64,000 nucleotides of DNA from Methanobacteriota archaeon (GCA_038141355.1 JAYQHX010000002.1:613073-677072); one strand, 5' to 3'; shown: positions 1 to 9,583, counted from the stretch's first letter. Numbers and translations: made by a program. Notes: generated by a model from the sequence alone, not told the origin.

Positions 1-1
1 A

Positions 2-2068
2 CTTCACTGTTTAGTGACAAATAATGGGTACCAACATGCTCAATTTAGAGTACAATCCAACGTTTCCAACTTATCTTGGATGAATCCGAGTCTACCGATG
101 ATTAGGATCGATAGCGCTAATCCAAACCAACATGGAACTACCGTACTAATTCCTCCAATTCCAGGAGGAAATGTCACTGAAATGTGGATTAATCTGTCAA
201 TCCCAGCAGGATCCGATGTCCAACAACAGGTTTGGGAAATTTGGTGGACAGATGCTGGGGGAACTCAGTTAGGAGAACTTGGAAGAATCACAGCAGACAT
301 TGCGGTAACGGAGCAATATGGTGTCCATTTATCTTCAACTGCTCCTTTGATTGCTGCTACAATGATGCCTGGGGAGACAACAAACATTCCTTTCAAATTG
401 CAAAATGCAGGAAACAGAGTGGCTTCCTATGCGGTTACAGCAAATTTCCAAGATACTGAATGGTCCTATTTCATTACAGACAATAATGATTCAATCGTGC
501 AAATGCCGATACCACTCAACCGTGGAGAAGAAATCGAACTCAGATTGAATGTCACAGCACCATCCGACTCCTCACCTGGAGAAATGCCCTTCTCCCTTAG
601 AGCAGTTTGTCCGTCATGTGGGCAATCATTATTTGGAAACGATGTGATATCAAAGAAAATCGTAGTTCCAATTTATCGTTCAGTTGAGTTATCTGCTGAA
701 GAAACGGAACTTACTGCCCTATCAAATGGAGTGGCACGAGTAGTTTACATCGATTTGTTCAATAAAGGCAATTCTGATGAATCTTACACATTGGAATTGA
801 TGCAATCTAATTGGAGGCTTGAATCATATCTTTCAAGCGGAGAAACCTCTGTACTAGATGCCTGTGATGGAGAGACCACAATTGCATTGAACTTGCCAAT
901 GCCTATCGGTTTGGCACCAGGCCTTTACACTGCCACAATAGTTGCTAAGAATGTAGATGATGACCTTGTTAGAGACCAGATTGTAATATACATCGATGTT
1001 CAAGATACATCTGCAGTTTCAGTGTCTGACCAAGAAGCAGACCAATCATACATTCCAGGAGATGTAGCACAATCCATGAGATTCGAAGTCTTCAATCAAG
1101 GAAATAAGGCGGATAGATTCACTATGTCGATGAATTTGCCTGCTGGGATGAATGCTATGTTTGAACAACTTTCAGAAGGTAATGTTACCCCAATATTAGA
1201 GCCTGGTGAATCATACAACGTCACTGTTAAGTTTTCGTTTGAAGATGGAACAAATGGTCAACTATTGCTCAATGTAATCGCAACTAGTGTAAATGACCCG
1301 TCGGTCTCTAATTCAGGAAAGTGTACCTATCGAGTTGGTTCACAGAATTGGTTAAGGTTGATTTCGACAGAATCGACAATTATCGATGAAGCAGGTAGAT
1401 ACGAGGTAGTTGTGACTCTAAGGAATCAATACACAGAAGGCCAATCTGTTTCAATGTCTATCGACCAAAATGGGACAAACCGCTGGTATGGTTCATCAAT
1501 TGCTTCAACCGACAGAGAATTTTGGTTGACAGTTAATGGAGATCGTGAAGTGACAGTGATATTCGAAGTTCAAAGTTCAAGCTTGAAGAATCTTGAATCT
1601 GAATTCGTAGAAACTAGAGTCACTCTTTGGGCGATTTCAAATTCAGTTGAAGATGCCGCTTCCTTGGACATTCCAGTCACGCTAAAGAGAACATCTTCAG
1701 ATTCTCAGGATAATGTTCAATCCGATAGCTCAACCGATTGGGTTGGAATTGCTATTTGGGTTGTTGGTGGAGGAGTAATAGTAGCACTTCTTGGTGTTCT
1801 ATTAGTCGTGCTTAACTCCGGTGAAGAAGAAGAAGAAACCAATTGGCTGCAGGATGGCTATGAAGACAATATTTCTGCGACTTATGGTGCTGTAGCAGCA
1901 GCGCCTACGATTCCGGCCGCTGAGCCGATGAAATTTGTGCCTGAAATTGTTGAGCCGGCTCCTGTTCAGGCCAGTGGCCCACCACTACCCGCAAGTGGCC
2001 TACCAGAAGGATGGACTATGGAGCAGTGGCAACACTACGGGCAACAATGGTTGGACAGCCAGAACTGA
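2..2068 (+). CDS. Cell-surface (S-layer/adhesin-like) glycoprotein, 5' end probably outside the window. It has repeated Ig-like CARDB/NEW3-like modules, a C-terminal TM anchor and a cytoplasmic tail.
   Basis: The frame is open to the window edge (no in-frame stop before the GTG at 14). It has recurring beta-rich modules with N-x-G-N motifs (FKLQNAGNRVASY, DLFNKGNSDESY, FEVFNQGNKADRF) and many N-x-S/T sequons. The hydrophobic helix WVGIAIWVVGGGVIVALLGVLLVVL is followed by EEEEE and a Pro/Trp-rich tail. Confidence 0.6.
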   Translation, partial: LHCLVTNNGYQHAQFRVQSNVSNLSWMNPSLPMIRIDSANPNQHGTTVLIPPIPGGNVTEMWINLSIPAGSDVQQQVWEIWWTDAGGTQLGELGRITADIAVTEQYGVHLSSTAPLIAATMMPGETTNIPFKLQNAGNRVASYAVTANFQDTEWSYFITDNNDSIVQMPIPLNRGEEIELRLNVTAPSDSSPGEMPFSLRAVCPSCGQSLFGNDVISKKIVVPIYRSVELSAEETELTALSNGVARVVYIDLFNKGNSDESYTLELMQSNWRLESYLSSGETSVLDACDGETTIALNLPMPIGLAPGLYTATIVAKNVDDDLVRDQIVIYIDVQDTSAVSVSDQEADQSYIPGDVAQSMRFEVFNQGNKADRFTMSMNLPAGMNAMFEQLSEGNVTPILEPGESYNVTVKFSFEDGTNGQLLLNVIATSVNDPSVSNSGKCTYRVGSQNWLRLISTESTIIDEAGRYEVVVTLRNQYTEGQSVSMSIDQNGTNRWYGSSIASTDREFWLTVNGDREVTVIFEVQSSSLKNLESEFVETRVTLWAISNSVEDAASLDIPVTLKRTSSDSQDNVQSDSSTDWVGIAIWVVGGGVIVALLGVLLVVLNSGEEEEETNWLQDGYEDNISATYGAVAAAPTIPAAEPMKFVPEIVEPAPVQASGPPLPASGLPEGWTMEQWQHYGQQWLDSQN

Positions 2069-2129
2069 ATTTCTCTAACGATGGTTTGAAGAAACACCGC
2101 CCTTGCGGTTAACTTGCTGAGGTATCACA

Positions 2130-3752
2130 ATGTATGGTAATGGACAAGCCCCGATTTTCATTTTGAAAGAAGGAGTTCAAAGAACAAGAGGCAGAACTGC
2201 TCAATCCAACAATATAGCTGCTGCAAAGGCTGTTGCAGACGCTGTAAGAAGCACTCTCGGTCCAAAAGGAATGGACAAGATGCTTGTCGATAGTATGGGG
2301 GATGTCGTAATTACAAATGATGGTGCTACAATCCTAAAGGAAATGGACATCGAGCATCCGGCTGCAAAGATGATTATCGAAGTTGCAAAAACCCAGGAAC
2401 AGCACTGCTACGATGGCACTACATCAGCCGTCGTTCTTGCTGGAGAATTGCTGAAAAAATCCGAAGACTTGATCGAACAAAATGTACACCCCACTCTAAT
2501 CTGTGAAGGATTTAGATTAGCCGCAGAAAAAGCAGTAGGCTGTCTTAACGAACACGGAATTTCAACTCAAGGTGATGATGATGTTCTCATGGAAGTCGCA
2601 AAGACCTCCCTCACCGGTAAATCCGCTGGTGCAGTAAAGTCATTCTTGGCAGATATCTGCGTAAGAGCAGTAAATGCAGTTGGGCGCGTAGAAGATGGCG
2701 AACGATTGGTTGACTTGTCAGACATTAAAGTAGAAAAGAGACAAGGTGGTTCAATCAAGGATAGCACTCTTGTAGACGGAATTATTCTTGACAAAGAAAG
2801 AGTACATGCAGGAATGCCTCGTTCTATTTCGGATTGTAAAATCGCTCTAATCAACAGTGCGATAGAAGTCAAGAAAACTGAAGTTGATGCTAAAATTCAG
2901 ATTACAGACCCTTCAATGCTAGCTTCTTTCTTAGAAGAGGAAGAAGGATACATTAGAGGACTTGTTGAGAAAATTAAAGCAAGTGGTGCAAATGTAATTA
3001 TTTGCCAAAAGGGCATAGATGACCTTGCACAGCATTACATGGCGAAAGCAGGAATGTTCGCTATTAGAAGGGCAAAGAAAAGCGATATGGAAGCCCTTTC
3101 GAAGGCTACAGGAGGCAAAATTGTCACCAATATCGATGACCTGTCTGATTCAGACTTGGGACAAGCATCCAAAGTTGAAGAAAGAAAAATCGGCGAATCT
3201 GACATGACTTTCGTCACAGGTTGTCCGGAAGCAAAATCGGTTTCTGTTCTATTGCGAGGCGGTACAGAGCACGTAGTTGATGAAATTCGACGAGCCTTCG
3301 ATGACGCAGTAGGTGTAGTTTCTGTAGCCTGGGAAGACGGATATGTACTAACTGGTGGAGGAAGTGTTCTTGCAGCATTGTCACGCGATTTGAGAGCGTT
3401 CGCAGAATCTGTCGGCGGCAGAGAACAAATGGCGATTGAAGCCTTTGCAAGTGCTTTAGAAATCATCCCGAGAACACTAGCGGAAAATGCGGGTCTGGAC
3501 CCTGTAACAACTATTATCGAACTAAGGAAATCTCATGCTGATGGAAATTCAACTTCTGGAATAAATGTCGAAGATGGAGGAGTTATGGATATGAGGAAAG
3601 CAAATGTTTTGGAGCCTCAAAGAGTTGTTGAACAAGCAATTCAATCCGCTACAGAAACTGCGACGATGATCTTGAGAATCGATGATGTAATTTCATCCAA
3701 AGGCGTTTCCGACCAAGGAATGATGGATGGAATGGATGATTTCCACATGTGA
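2130..3752 (+). CDS. ths: Thermosome subunit (group II chaperonin, Cpn60/TCP-1 family)
   Basis: 540 aa with the group II chaperonin signatures GPKGMDKML and ITNDGATIL, and a Gly/Met-rich C-terminal tail. Confidence 0.95.
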   Translation: MYGNGQAPIFILKEGVQRTRGRTAQSNNIAAAKAVADAVRSTLGPKGMDKMLVDSMGDVVITNDGATILKEMDIEHPAAKMIIEVAKTQEQHCYDGTTSAVVLAGELLKKSEDLIEQNVHPTLICEGFRLAAEKAVGCLNEHGISTQGDDDVLMEVAKTSLTGKSAGAVKSFLADICVRAVNAVGRVEDGERLVDLSDIKVEKRQGGSIKDSTLVDGIILDKERVHAGMPRSISDCKIALINSAIEVKKTEVDAKIQITDPSMLASFLEEEEGYIRGLVEKIKASGANVIICQKGIDDLAQHYMAKAGMFAIRRAKKSDMEALSKATGGKIVTNIDDLSDSDLGQASKVEERKIGESDMTFVTGCPEAKSVSVLLRGGTEHVVDEIRRAFDDAVGVVSVAWEDGYVLTGGGSVLAALSRDLRAFAESVGGREQMAIEAFASALEIIPRTLAENAGLDPVTTIIELRKSHADGNSTSGINVEDGGVMDMRKANVLEPQRVVEQAIQSATETATMILRIDDVISSKGVSDQGMMDGMDDFHM

Positions 3753-3781
3753 TTTTTCAAAAACAAAAAATTCCATAATTT

Positions 3782-3801
3782 TCTATCCCTTTAGGGATAG
3801 A
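3782..3801 (+). terminator. Hairpin downstream of the thermosome gene (tctatccc-ttta-gggataga) in a T-rich context
   Basis: Perfect 8-bp inverted repeat with a 4-nt loop, about 30 nt after the stop codon and flanked by A/T runs. Confidence 0.4.
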
Positions 3802-3865
3802 CAACAAACCTTCAAAGACTAAGTCTATGTCGTATAGATTGCTCAGCGTGAGCACTGGTGATATC

Positions 3866-4147
3866 ATGCCTACGGTCGCAAAGGTTTGGATTGAAGAAGA
3901 CTGTATCACGTGTGATGCATGTCAGGACATTTTGCCGGAAGTTTTCGAGGTCACTGATGACACTAGCAAAATCAAGGCTGAAGTCAGGGAAGACGGCTCT
4001 TTTGACAGGAACATTAGCCATTCTGCAATCAAGGCAGAGTTTAGAGTTGAATACAGCGAACTAATCGAAGAAGCAGCAGATGCATGTCCGGTTGAAATTA
4101 TCAAATTTGAATACGATGGGGGCAGTAACTGCCGAAGCACCAGTTGA
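3866..4147 (+). CDS. Small single-cluster ferredoxin (3Fe-4S/4Fe-4S type). The start is 3827 or, more likely, the ATG at 3866.
   Basis: It has the motif CITCDAC near the N-terminus and a distal C-P (ADACPVEII), typical of single-cluster ferredoxins. Confidence 0.7.
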   Translation: MPTVAKVWIEEDCITCDACQDILPEVFEVTDDTSKIKAEVREDGSFDRNISHSAIKAEFRVEYSELIEEAADACPVEIIKFEYDGGSNCRSTS

Positions 4148-5831
4148 AGCAGCAACAGAGGAAGTAGCTCCAGCAGCAGTGGTTGCATCTGTACCGAGCG
4201 CCGATGATGGAGTTCTTGCTGAGTTATTATCGGGCGATAGAAGCCTTGCAGTATTCTTTGGCTCACAAACAGGCAATGCCGCAGGACTCGCTGAAAAGAC
4301 GGCAAAGAAAGCTGCATCATATGGCTTGGATGCAAAAGTAATCGACATGGATGGATACGACCCAGCAAGTTTTGCTTCCAACAAGAGAGTGCTAATTATT
4401 ACCTCAACATGGGGAGAAGGCGAAATGCCGGATAATGCTGATAATTTATGGAATCAGACAGTCAGTGCAAAACCTGCTCTAGGCGGAGTGCATTACTCGG
4501 TATGTGCAATTGGGGATTCTTCCTATGATGAATTCTGTAAGGCCGGAACAGACTGGGATGGCAAGTTTTCAGAACTTGGCGCTAAATCGATTCAAGCCAT
4601 TCAATTGTGTGACGTTGATTATGAGCCACCTTGGCAGATTTGGGTCAATGAAGTCCTTCCAAGAATTGCATGTGTAGATTCTTCAGGTACTTTCCAAGAA
4701 GAACTACTTGAAGCAATGATTGCGTATGGAGTAGGAGATGTTGATGATGGTGCTGACACGGGTGACTTCACCCCGGGCATGATTGAGCAGCCAAATCTTT
4801 CAATGACATTGAGAATTTTCAGATACGATCCAATCAAGGCAGAATCAGGATACGATACAGTTGCAGTAGTACTCCCAGGTCATGCAACTCTAGAAGATGC
4901 ATTGTTAGCAGTGAAAAGAGATGTAGATGGCTCACTTGCATTCAGGAGCGGCGGCTCATGTGGTCAAAATCCGCTAACTGGTGTAAAGGCGAACGGCAGA
5001 ATCTTGCCTGCTGATACAACAAGGGTATGCGATTTAGTCAGCGAAGGTGGAACCTTAACAATAGAACCACTTCCAGGTTATGAAGTTCTCAAAGACCTAA
5101 TGGTTTCATACGAAAGGTTTGATGTTGCAAGGTCGAATTCTAAGCCTTGGATGGTAGCCGACCCAAGACAAGGAGAAAAGTTGCCAAACGGCTCACCTAT
5201 GGGAGTTATGAGTTCTGACGAAGCAACTTTCCTTCACTCACTAGCGGATGTAGGCTCTCTTCAGTTGGTAAATTCCATGTCTGATACATTCGATATAAAC
5301 GACGAATACAGTGGTCCAGGCATTGCTTTACAAAGATGGGTCAGAAGCCAAGATTCTCGTGCCGGTGATTCTCATATCAAGCAAATGTATGAATTGATGC
5401 AAGGCAAAGGTGGAGTTTGGGACGAAGCCGATATTTCTTCTATTGCTCGCCATGGAATCGATGGCTCACAAGCAGCGGATTCACTTTATGCAGCAAGATC
5501 TAGGCTACTTGCCGAATTCAAATTCTCAGGTAAATCTGGAAGACTAGTAAAGAATTATTCAAGGTCTGTCAAAATGTCAGGTAATGTGAATGAAACCACA
5601 TTATATCGTTCAGTTCTAGGTCCACTCGGGCTCGGTTCAAACCTGTTGAACGGTGTTTCATTGCGTATGATGTTAGGATTTACAAGAAATGGTGGCCCAA
5701 TGATGAGAGGATTCCAAGGCATGTTGGTTCCGCCAGCCGGTATTGGGAAGATTCCGGATATGTTCAATTCAAAGATTCACAATCATCATGAAGTTGTAGC
5801 AATCTTCAACGAATTGGATAGTAGGTTTTAG
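4116..5831 (+). CDS. Flavodoxin domain fused to an SdhB/FrdB-like domain that lacks the Fe-S cysteine ligands. The start is uncertain (4080/4116, or a fusion to the upstream ferredoxin).
   Basis: The FMN loop VFFGSQTGNAAGLAEK is present. The SdhB-like blocks are LRIFRYDP, LEDALLAVKRDVDGSLAFRSGGSCGQN, IEPLPGYEVLKDLMVSYERF, YSGPGIALQRWVRSQDSR. Confidence 0.7.
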   Translation: MGAVTAEAPVEAATEEVAPAAVVASVPSADDGVLAELLSGDRSLAVFFGSQTGNAAGLAEKTAKKAASYGLDAKVIDMDGYDPASFASNKRVLIITSTWGEGEMPDNADNLWNQTVSAKPALGGVHYSVCAIGDSSYDEFCKAGTDWDGKFSELGAKSIQAIQLCDVDYEPPWQIWVNEVLPRIACVDSSGTFQEELLEAMIAYGVGDVDDGADTGDFTPGMIEQPNLSMTLRIFRYDPIKAESGYDTVAVVLPGHATLEDALLAVKRDVDGSLAFRSGGSCGQNPLTGVKANGRILPADTTRVCDLVSEGGTLTIEPLPGYEVLKDLMVSYERFDVARSNSKPWMVADPRQGEKLPNGSPMGVMSSDEATFLHSLADVGSLQLVNSMSDTFDINDEYSGPGIALQRWVRSQDSRAGDSHIKQMYELMQGKGGVWDEADISSIARHGIDGSQAADSLYAARSRLLAEFKFSGKSGRLVKNYSRSVKMSGNVNETTLYRSVLGPLGLGSNLLNGVSLRMMLGFTRNGGPMMRGFQGMLVPPAGIGKIPDMFNSKIHNHHEVVAIFNELDSRF

Positions 5832-6701
5832 GTGATTAAGGTGGTCAAATATTCGTATTATCCAGGAAATGTGGCAAGACAATCTTCTAGAGAAGTAGAA
5901 GATACAATTCAGCCCCTCTGTAAAACTCTTGGAATCGAATTGATTGAAATCGTTGGATATAGCAGTGATGGAGGAAATATCATCCGCCAAGGAAACAGAG
6001 ATTTACAACTAGCACTGAATGCTAGAAATTTGGCACTAGCACAAGAAAACGGTCATGATATTATCACACCATGTGCATCAGCACAAGGAATTCTCTATGA
6101 ATCACTGAAAACATTTAGAGAAGACCCAATTGCTCTTGCTAAAGCAAATACAGTTATTTCAAAAACATCTAATCTAAGTCTAAATGCTAACGAAATTAGT
6201 ACTAGTCATCTACTTCACGTATTGGTAGATGAAATTGGTCTAGATAAAATCGAAGCTGCGGTTGTCAATCCATTGGATATGGATATAGCGTGCTACTACG
6301 GTCCACACATGCAGAGGGATGGAGCCTGTGGTGCTGACGATGCATGGAATCCAACCTACATGGAACAATTGATCACTGCTCTTGGAGGCAGACCTGTAGA
6401 ATACTCCTCCAAATGTGCAAGTGTTGGAAATCCATCTCTGCTATCATTAGGAGATTCTGTCATGAAAATGACTGCTAGAGTACTAAATGACGCAAAGAAA
6501 GCTGGGGCGCAAGTACTAGTATCCGCATGTACTCTATCACATTCCAATCTTGATTCCTATCAAAGCAAAGCAGGTAGAGTTGCAGGAAAAGATACTAATT
6601 TGCCAGTTGTTAACCTAACAGAAATAATCGCATTCGCTTTAGGACATTTCACTGATAGATTTGCACAGTTGCGAACCAGAGCAGTAATCATTGGGTCTTG
6701 A
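5832..6701 (+). CDS. HdrB/SdhE-like protein with two degenerate CCG-type cysteine-rich domains. The likely start is the GTG at 5841, after an AGGTGA.
   Basis: It has the two-repeat architecture of CCG proteins (YSYYPGN..., GYSSDGG, ITPCASAQ; then ACYYGPHM, KCASVG, SACTLSHSNL). Most motif cysteines are substituted. Confidence 0.6.
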   Translation: MIKVVKYSYYPGNVARQSSREVEDTIQPLCKTLGIELIEIVGYSSDGGNIIRQGNRDLQLALNARNLALAQENGHDIITPCASAQGILYESLKTFREDPIALAKANTVISKTSNLSLNANEISTSHLLHVLVDEIGLDKIEAAVVNPLDMDIACYYGPHMQRDGACGADDAWNPTYMEQLITALGGRPVEYSSKCASVGNPSLLSLGDSVMKMTARVLNDAKKAGAQVLVSACTLSHSNLDSYQSKAGRVAGKDTNLPVVNLTEIIAFALGHFTDRFAQLRTRAVIIGS

Positions 6702-9344
6702 TTACCCATGAAGGAATTTGAATAATTCGCTTGCTTGGCTTGAAGATACTCCTTCAATAGCAATCAATTCATCCAAGCCAAGCATACATAACCCCATGAT
6801 ATCATTGCAGTGATTCATAATGGATTTCGCAGTTTTAGGCCCAATACCTGGAAGGTTTGCAAGTATTTTCTCTCTACTTAATTTGACCTCATTTTCCCAT
6901 CTGTCAAGTAAATATCCAGCATTTTTTGATTCGCTAATCATAGCATTAATCTCTGATGCAGCAGCCCGAATACTATCTAATTCTGGATTTCTATTTTTGG
7001 CAGAAAACTTGTCCAATAATAGTTTCAAAATTTTTGCTTCACGTTTTGCAGCAACTGAAACAAATCTTGCAGTTTCTTCAATACCATTAGTCATCAATAC
7101 AGGCAACCCCAAATCTAGAGTTATCCAAGCCATAGCCCCCATTACAGCGTTTGGATGAATTCTGTCGCTTTCTATGGATTCGACAATCAATAAAGGGCGA
7201 ATTGCTGATGAAAATAATCCCTTAGCTTGTTTCAAAATTCTACCGTCGATGATTGAATCGATGAAATCGCGAGAACTTTTTCTTTCAATCAAGACACGGT
7301 CGCCTATTTTTATGTCCCCATATCTGAGGTGTTCAAATTTAATATCGTGGCCATTTAACTTGATTAACGATGGTAAAGTCGAATTAGATTCCCTATTGTC
7401 TATTACAATCAATTCTGATAATTTTGTACTAGTATCAATCTCATCGATTTCTAGATTAGTTTTTTCGATTATTCTGATTTCATCTAATCTATCGTTTTTT
7501 TTTGACCCATCCAAAACTGGATTCCACCAATCATCCTTTTGCTGTGGAATAAATTCGGCCAGTGATTTCTGATTTTGAGGGCGATTTGATGGTGTGTATT
7601 TTTCTTTTTTTGTCGCGTTTTCTGATTTTTCATCGCGCTTTTCAGAGATTTCTTTCTTAACTTCTAATCGAGCAGTTTCAGACAAGATGAATTCTTCTGC
7701 AGAAAGATTGTCAATTGAAAAATTAGCAAGCACATTTTCTTTAGGAGTAGACCTTTTTGGGAGTCTAGATTGACCTCGTAGTGTCTTTAGGGTTTTGTGC
7801 ATCGCAATCTCTCTATTCCGGGCAGCCATCTGAACATACTCGTCTCTAGTGTTTTGAGCAATTAGAACTTTGACCGAGCCATCGGTCTTCCTAGCGGTTC
7901 TCCCTCTTCTTTGAATAGACCTAATCGCACTAGGTACAGGCTCATAGAGTACCACGCAATCAGCAGCGGGCACATCTAATCCTTCTTCTCCGACACTTGT
8001 TGCTACAAGAACATTAATTTCACCTTCTCGAAATCTGTCCAATTGTTCAATTTGTTCTGATTGTTTCATTCCAAGTTGTGTTCCTTTACTTGCTTGGCCA
8101 ACAAATCTTCCGGGTTTGATTTTTTCATGTTTCAAACTGAAAATCAGGTTGTCAACAGTATCTCTATACTCTGTGAAAATTATTACTTTTCCATCATCTT
8201 CTAGACTCTCAAAGACTAATTGTTCTACTATTGAGGGTTTAGGATGTAATTCCTCCATTTCTTTACAGGTTTTGTAAAATTCTGAGACTTGAGGAAGGGA
8301 CAAGAATCTCTTAGTTTTACGATCTTTATCTTGTCTTGCCCTATCTAGGTACATTATTGCACATCGAAGTCCTTGTGTTTCTAGTAGGTCAATCAATCGG
8401 GTCAATCTTCGTAAGTCACTAATCCTTTTTGCAGCATCAAATCCTCTGACATCCCCTCTGTTTATTGCAGCACTAACCCTTCTCTGTGCTTCCTCGAGGG
8501 CAGCCGAAGTAACTCTTCCAGTATAAATTAAAAATCCAGCTCTTCGAAGGAACTCAACCTCTTCTTCTAACAATATTTTCAGTGGCATAATTATGTCAGA
8601 TAATGTATCTGGAATCATAATCCTATGTTCCTCAATCGACATCTCAGTGACATAGGGCTTTACCATCTCATCTTCTCTTTTTGTAATGTGAAGTCTTTCA
8701 ATTCCCAACCTTTGAACTATTTCAAGAACACTCGCTGCCTTTACACCAGGGGATGCGGTTGCAGCCAATACCTTACCGTGGTTTGAGGCTTGAAGGTACA
8801 AATCACCCAACTGAGCCATAGAGTTAGAACCTGTGGCATGATGTGCTTCATCACAGATCAATAGATCTATTTCAGAAAGTAAAATTCTACCACTCAATGC
8901 ATCATTCCGAATTACATGTGGCGTAGCCATTATTATCTTAGCATCCTTCCACAATGTTTCTCTTTTTTCAGGTCTTATCTGGCCTGTTAGTGTGATAATT
9001 TTCCCATCTTCTACATCAATAAATTCCTCAGCCATTCTTGCCTGTTGAGAGACAAGTCCTATTGTGGGAGCAACAAGGACAATTTTCCCATTACCTTCTA
9101 AATTCTCAGCCATAGCCATCCACTGAACAGCGGTTTTACCAAGGCCTGTTGGCATTACTAAGAGAGTAGATCCACTAAGGCATTCCTTTGCAGCGTCTAA
9201 CTGATATGCCCTAGCCTCGACTCCTGATTTGAGTCTTGGATGGCTTACAATCGGCTGCATGAAGTTAAAGTAAAGTCGGGGGTCAAGAGGATTTGCATTT
9301 TTTTTGACAATGAAACTGTTATGAAATAGTATAGAATTTAGCAA
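6702..9344 (-). CDS. hef: Hef: helicase-associated endonuclease for fork-structured DNA (SF2 DEAH helicase + ERCC4/XPF nuclease + HhH)
   Basis: It has Walker A-like MPTGLGKT, the DEAH box (LICDEAHHATG), helicase motif VI QRRGRTAR, the ERCC4 motif LIERKSSRDFIDSI and a C-terminal HhH (LPGIGPKTAKSI). Confidence 0.9.
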   Translation of the reverse strand: MLNSILFHNSFIVKKNANPLDPRLYFNFMQPIVSHPRLKSGVEARAYQLDAAKECLSGSTLLVMPTGLGKTAVQWMAMAENLEGNGKIVLVAPTIGLVSQQARMAEEFIDVEDGKIITLTGQIRPEKRETLWKDAKIIMATPHVIRNDALSGRILLSEIDLLICDEAHHATGSNSMAQLGDLYLQASNHGKVLAATASPGVKAASVLEIVQRLGIERLHITKREDEMVKPYVTEMSIEEHRIMIPDTLSDIIMPLKILLEEEVEFLRRAGFLIYTGRVTSAALEEAQRRVSAAINRGDVRGFDAAKRISDLRRLTRLIDLLETQGLRCAIMYLDRARQDKDRKTKRFLSLPQVSEFYKTCKEMEELHPKPSIVEQLVFESLEDDGKVIIFTEYRDTVDNLIFSLKHEKIKPGRFVGQASKGTQLGMKQSEQIEQLDRFREGEINVLVATSVGEEGLDVPAADCVVLYEPVPSAIRSIQRRGRTARKTDGSVKVLIAQNTRDEYVQMAARNREIAMHKTLKTLRGQSRLPKRSTPKENVLANFSIDNLSAEEFILSETARLEVKKEISEKRDEKSENATKKEKYTPSNRPQNQKSLAEFIPQQKDDWWNPVLDGSKKNDRLDEIRIIEKTNLEIDEIDTSTKLSELIVIDNRESNSTLPSLIKLNGHDIKFEHLRYGDIKIGDRVLIERKSSRDFIDSIIDGRILKQAKGLFSSAIRPLLIVESIESDRIHPNAVMGAMAWITLDLGLPVLMTNGIEETARFVSVAAKREAKILKLLLDKFSAKNRNPELDSIRAAASEINAMISESKNAGYLLDRWENEVKLSREKILANLPGIGPKTAKSIMNHCNDIMGLCMLGLDELIAIEGVSSSQASELFKFLHG

Positions 9345-9390
9345 TTGCCCCGTCCGCTCTATACAGCGTTCTCAACCGAACCACTCATAT

Positions 9391-9551
9391 ATGGGAGGTA
9401 AGTCGAAGGCCTGCTCAGATGGTGCGCGGCCAGACACTGTGCGCAATGCACAGCCCCCCATCACTTGCGGTCACAATCGTGGACTGCGCGCCGGTGTCAC
9501 GGCAACTCCCCTACCAAACGAGCCTCTGAATGCCCCTTATCGGGGGGCCAC
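9391..9551. ncRNA. Unassigned GC-rich structured element: a candidate ncRNA or a structured 5' leader of the r-protein operon
   Basis: It is a sharp GC-rich island in a divergent intergenic region. There is a long-range helix (ggtgcgc 9421-9427 with gcgcgcc 9486-9492). Hairpins lie at 9437-9453, 9470-9484 and 9532-9548. The overlapping 78-aa ORF is Arg/Gly/Pro-rich and runs into rpl3. Confidence 0.35.
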
Positions 9552-9583
9552 TTTAGAGTATGAAAACATAGGAGGCCGAAAAT

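Noticed and set aside
6696-6707. Zero-nucleotide gap between the convergent HdrB-like and hef stop codons (tgatta), and the 23-nt convergent overlap of argS with the ORF at 57945, considered as antisense regulation
   Set aside because: This fits the generally compact gene packing of this genome. There is no additional structure or motif to support a regulatory role.
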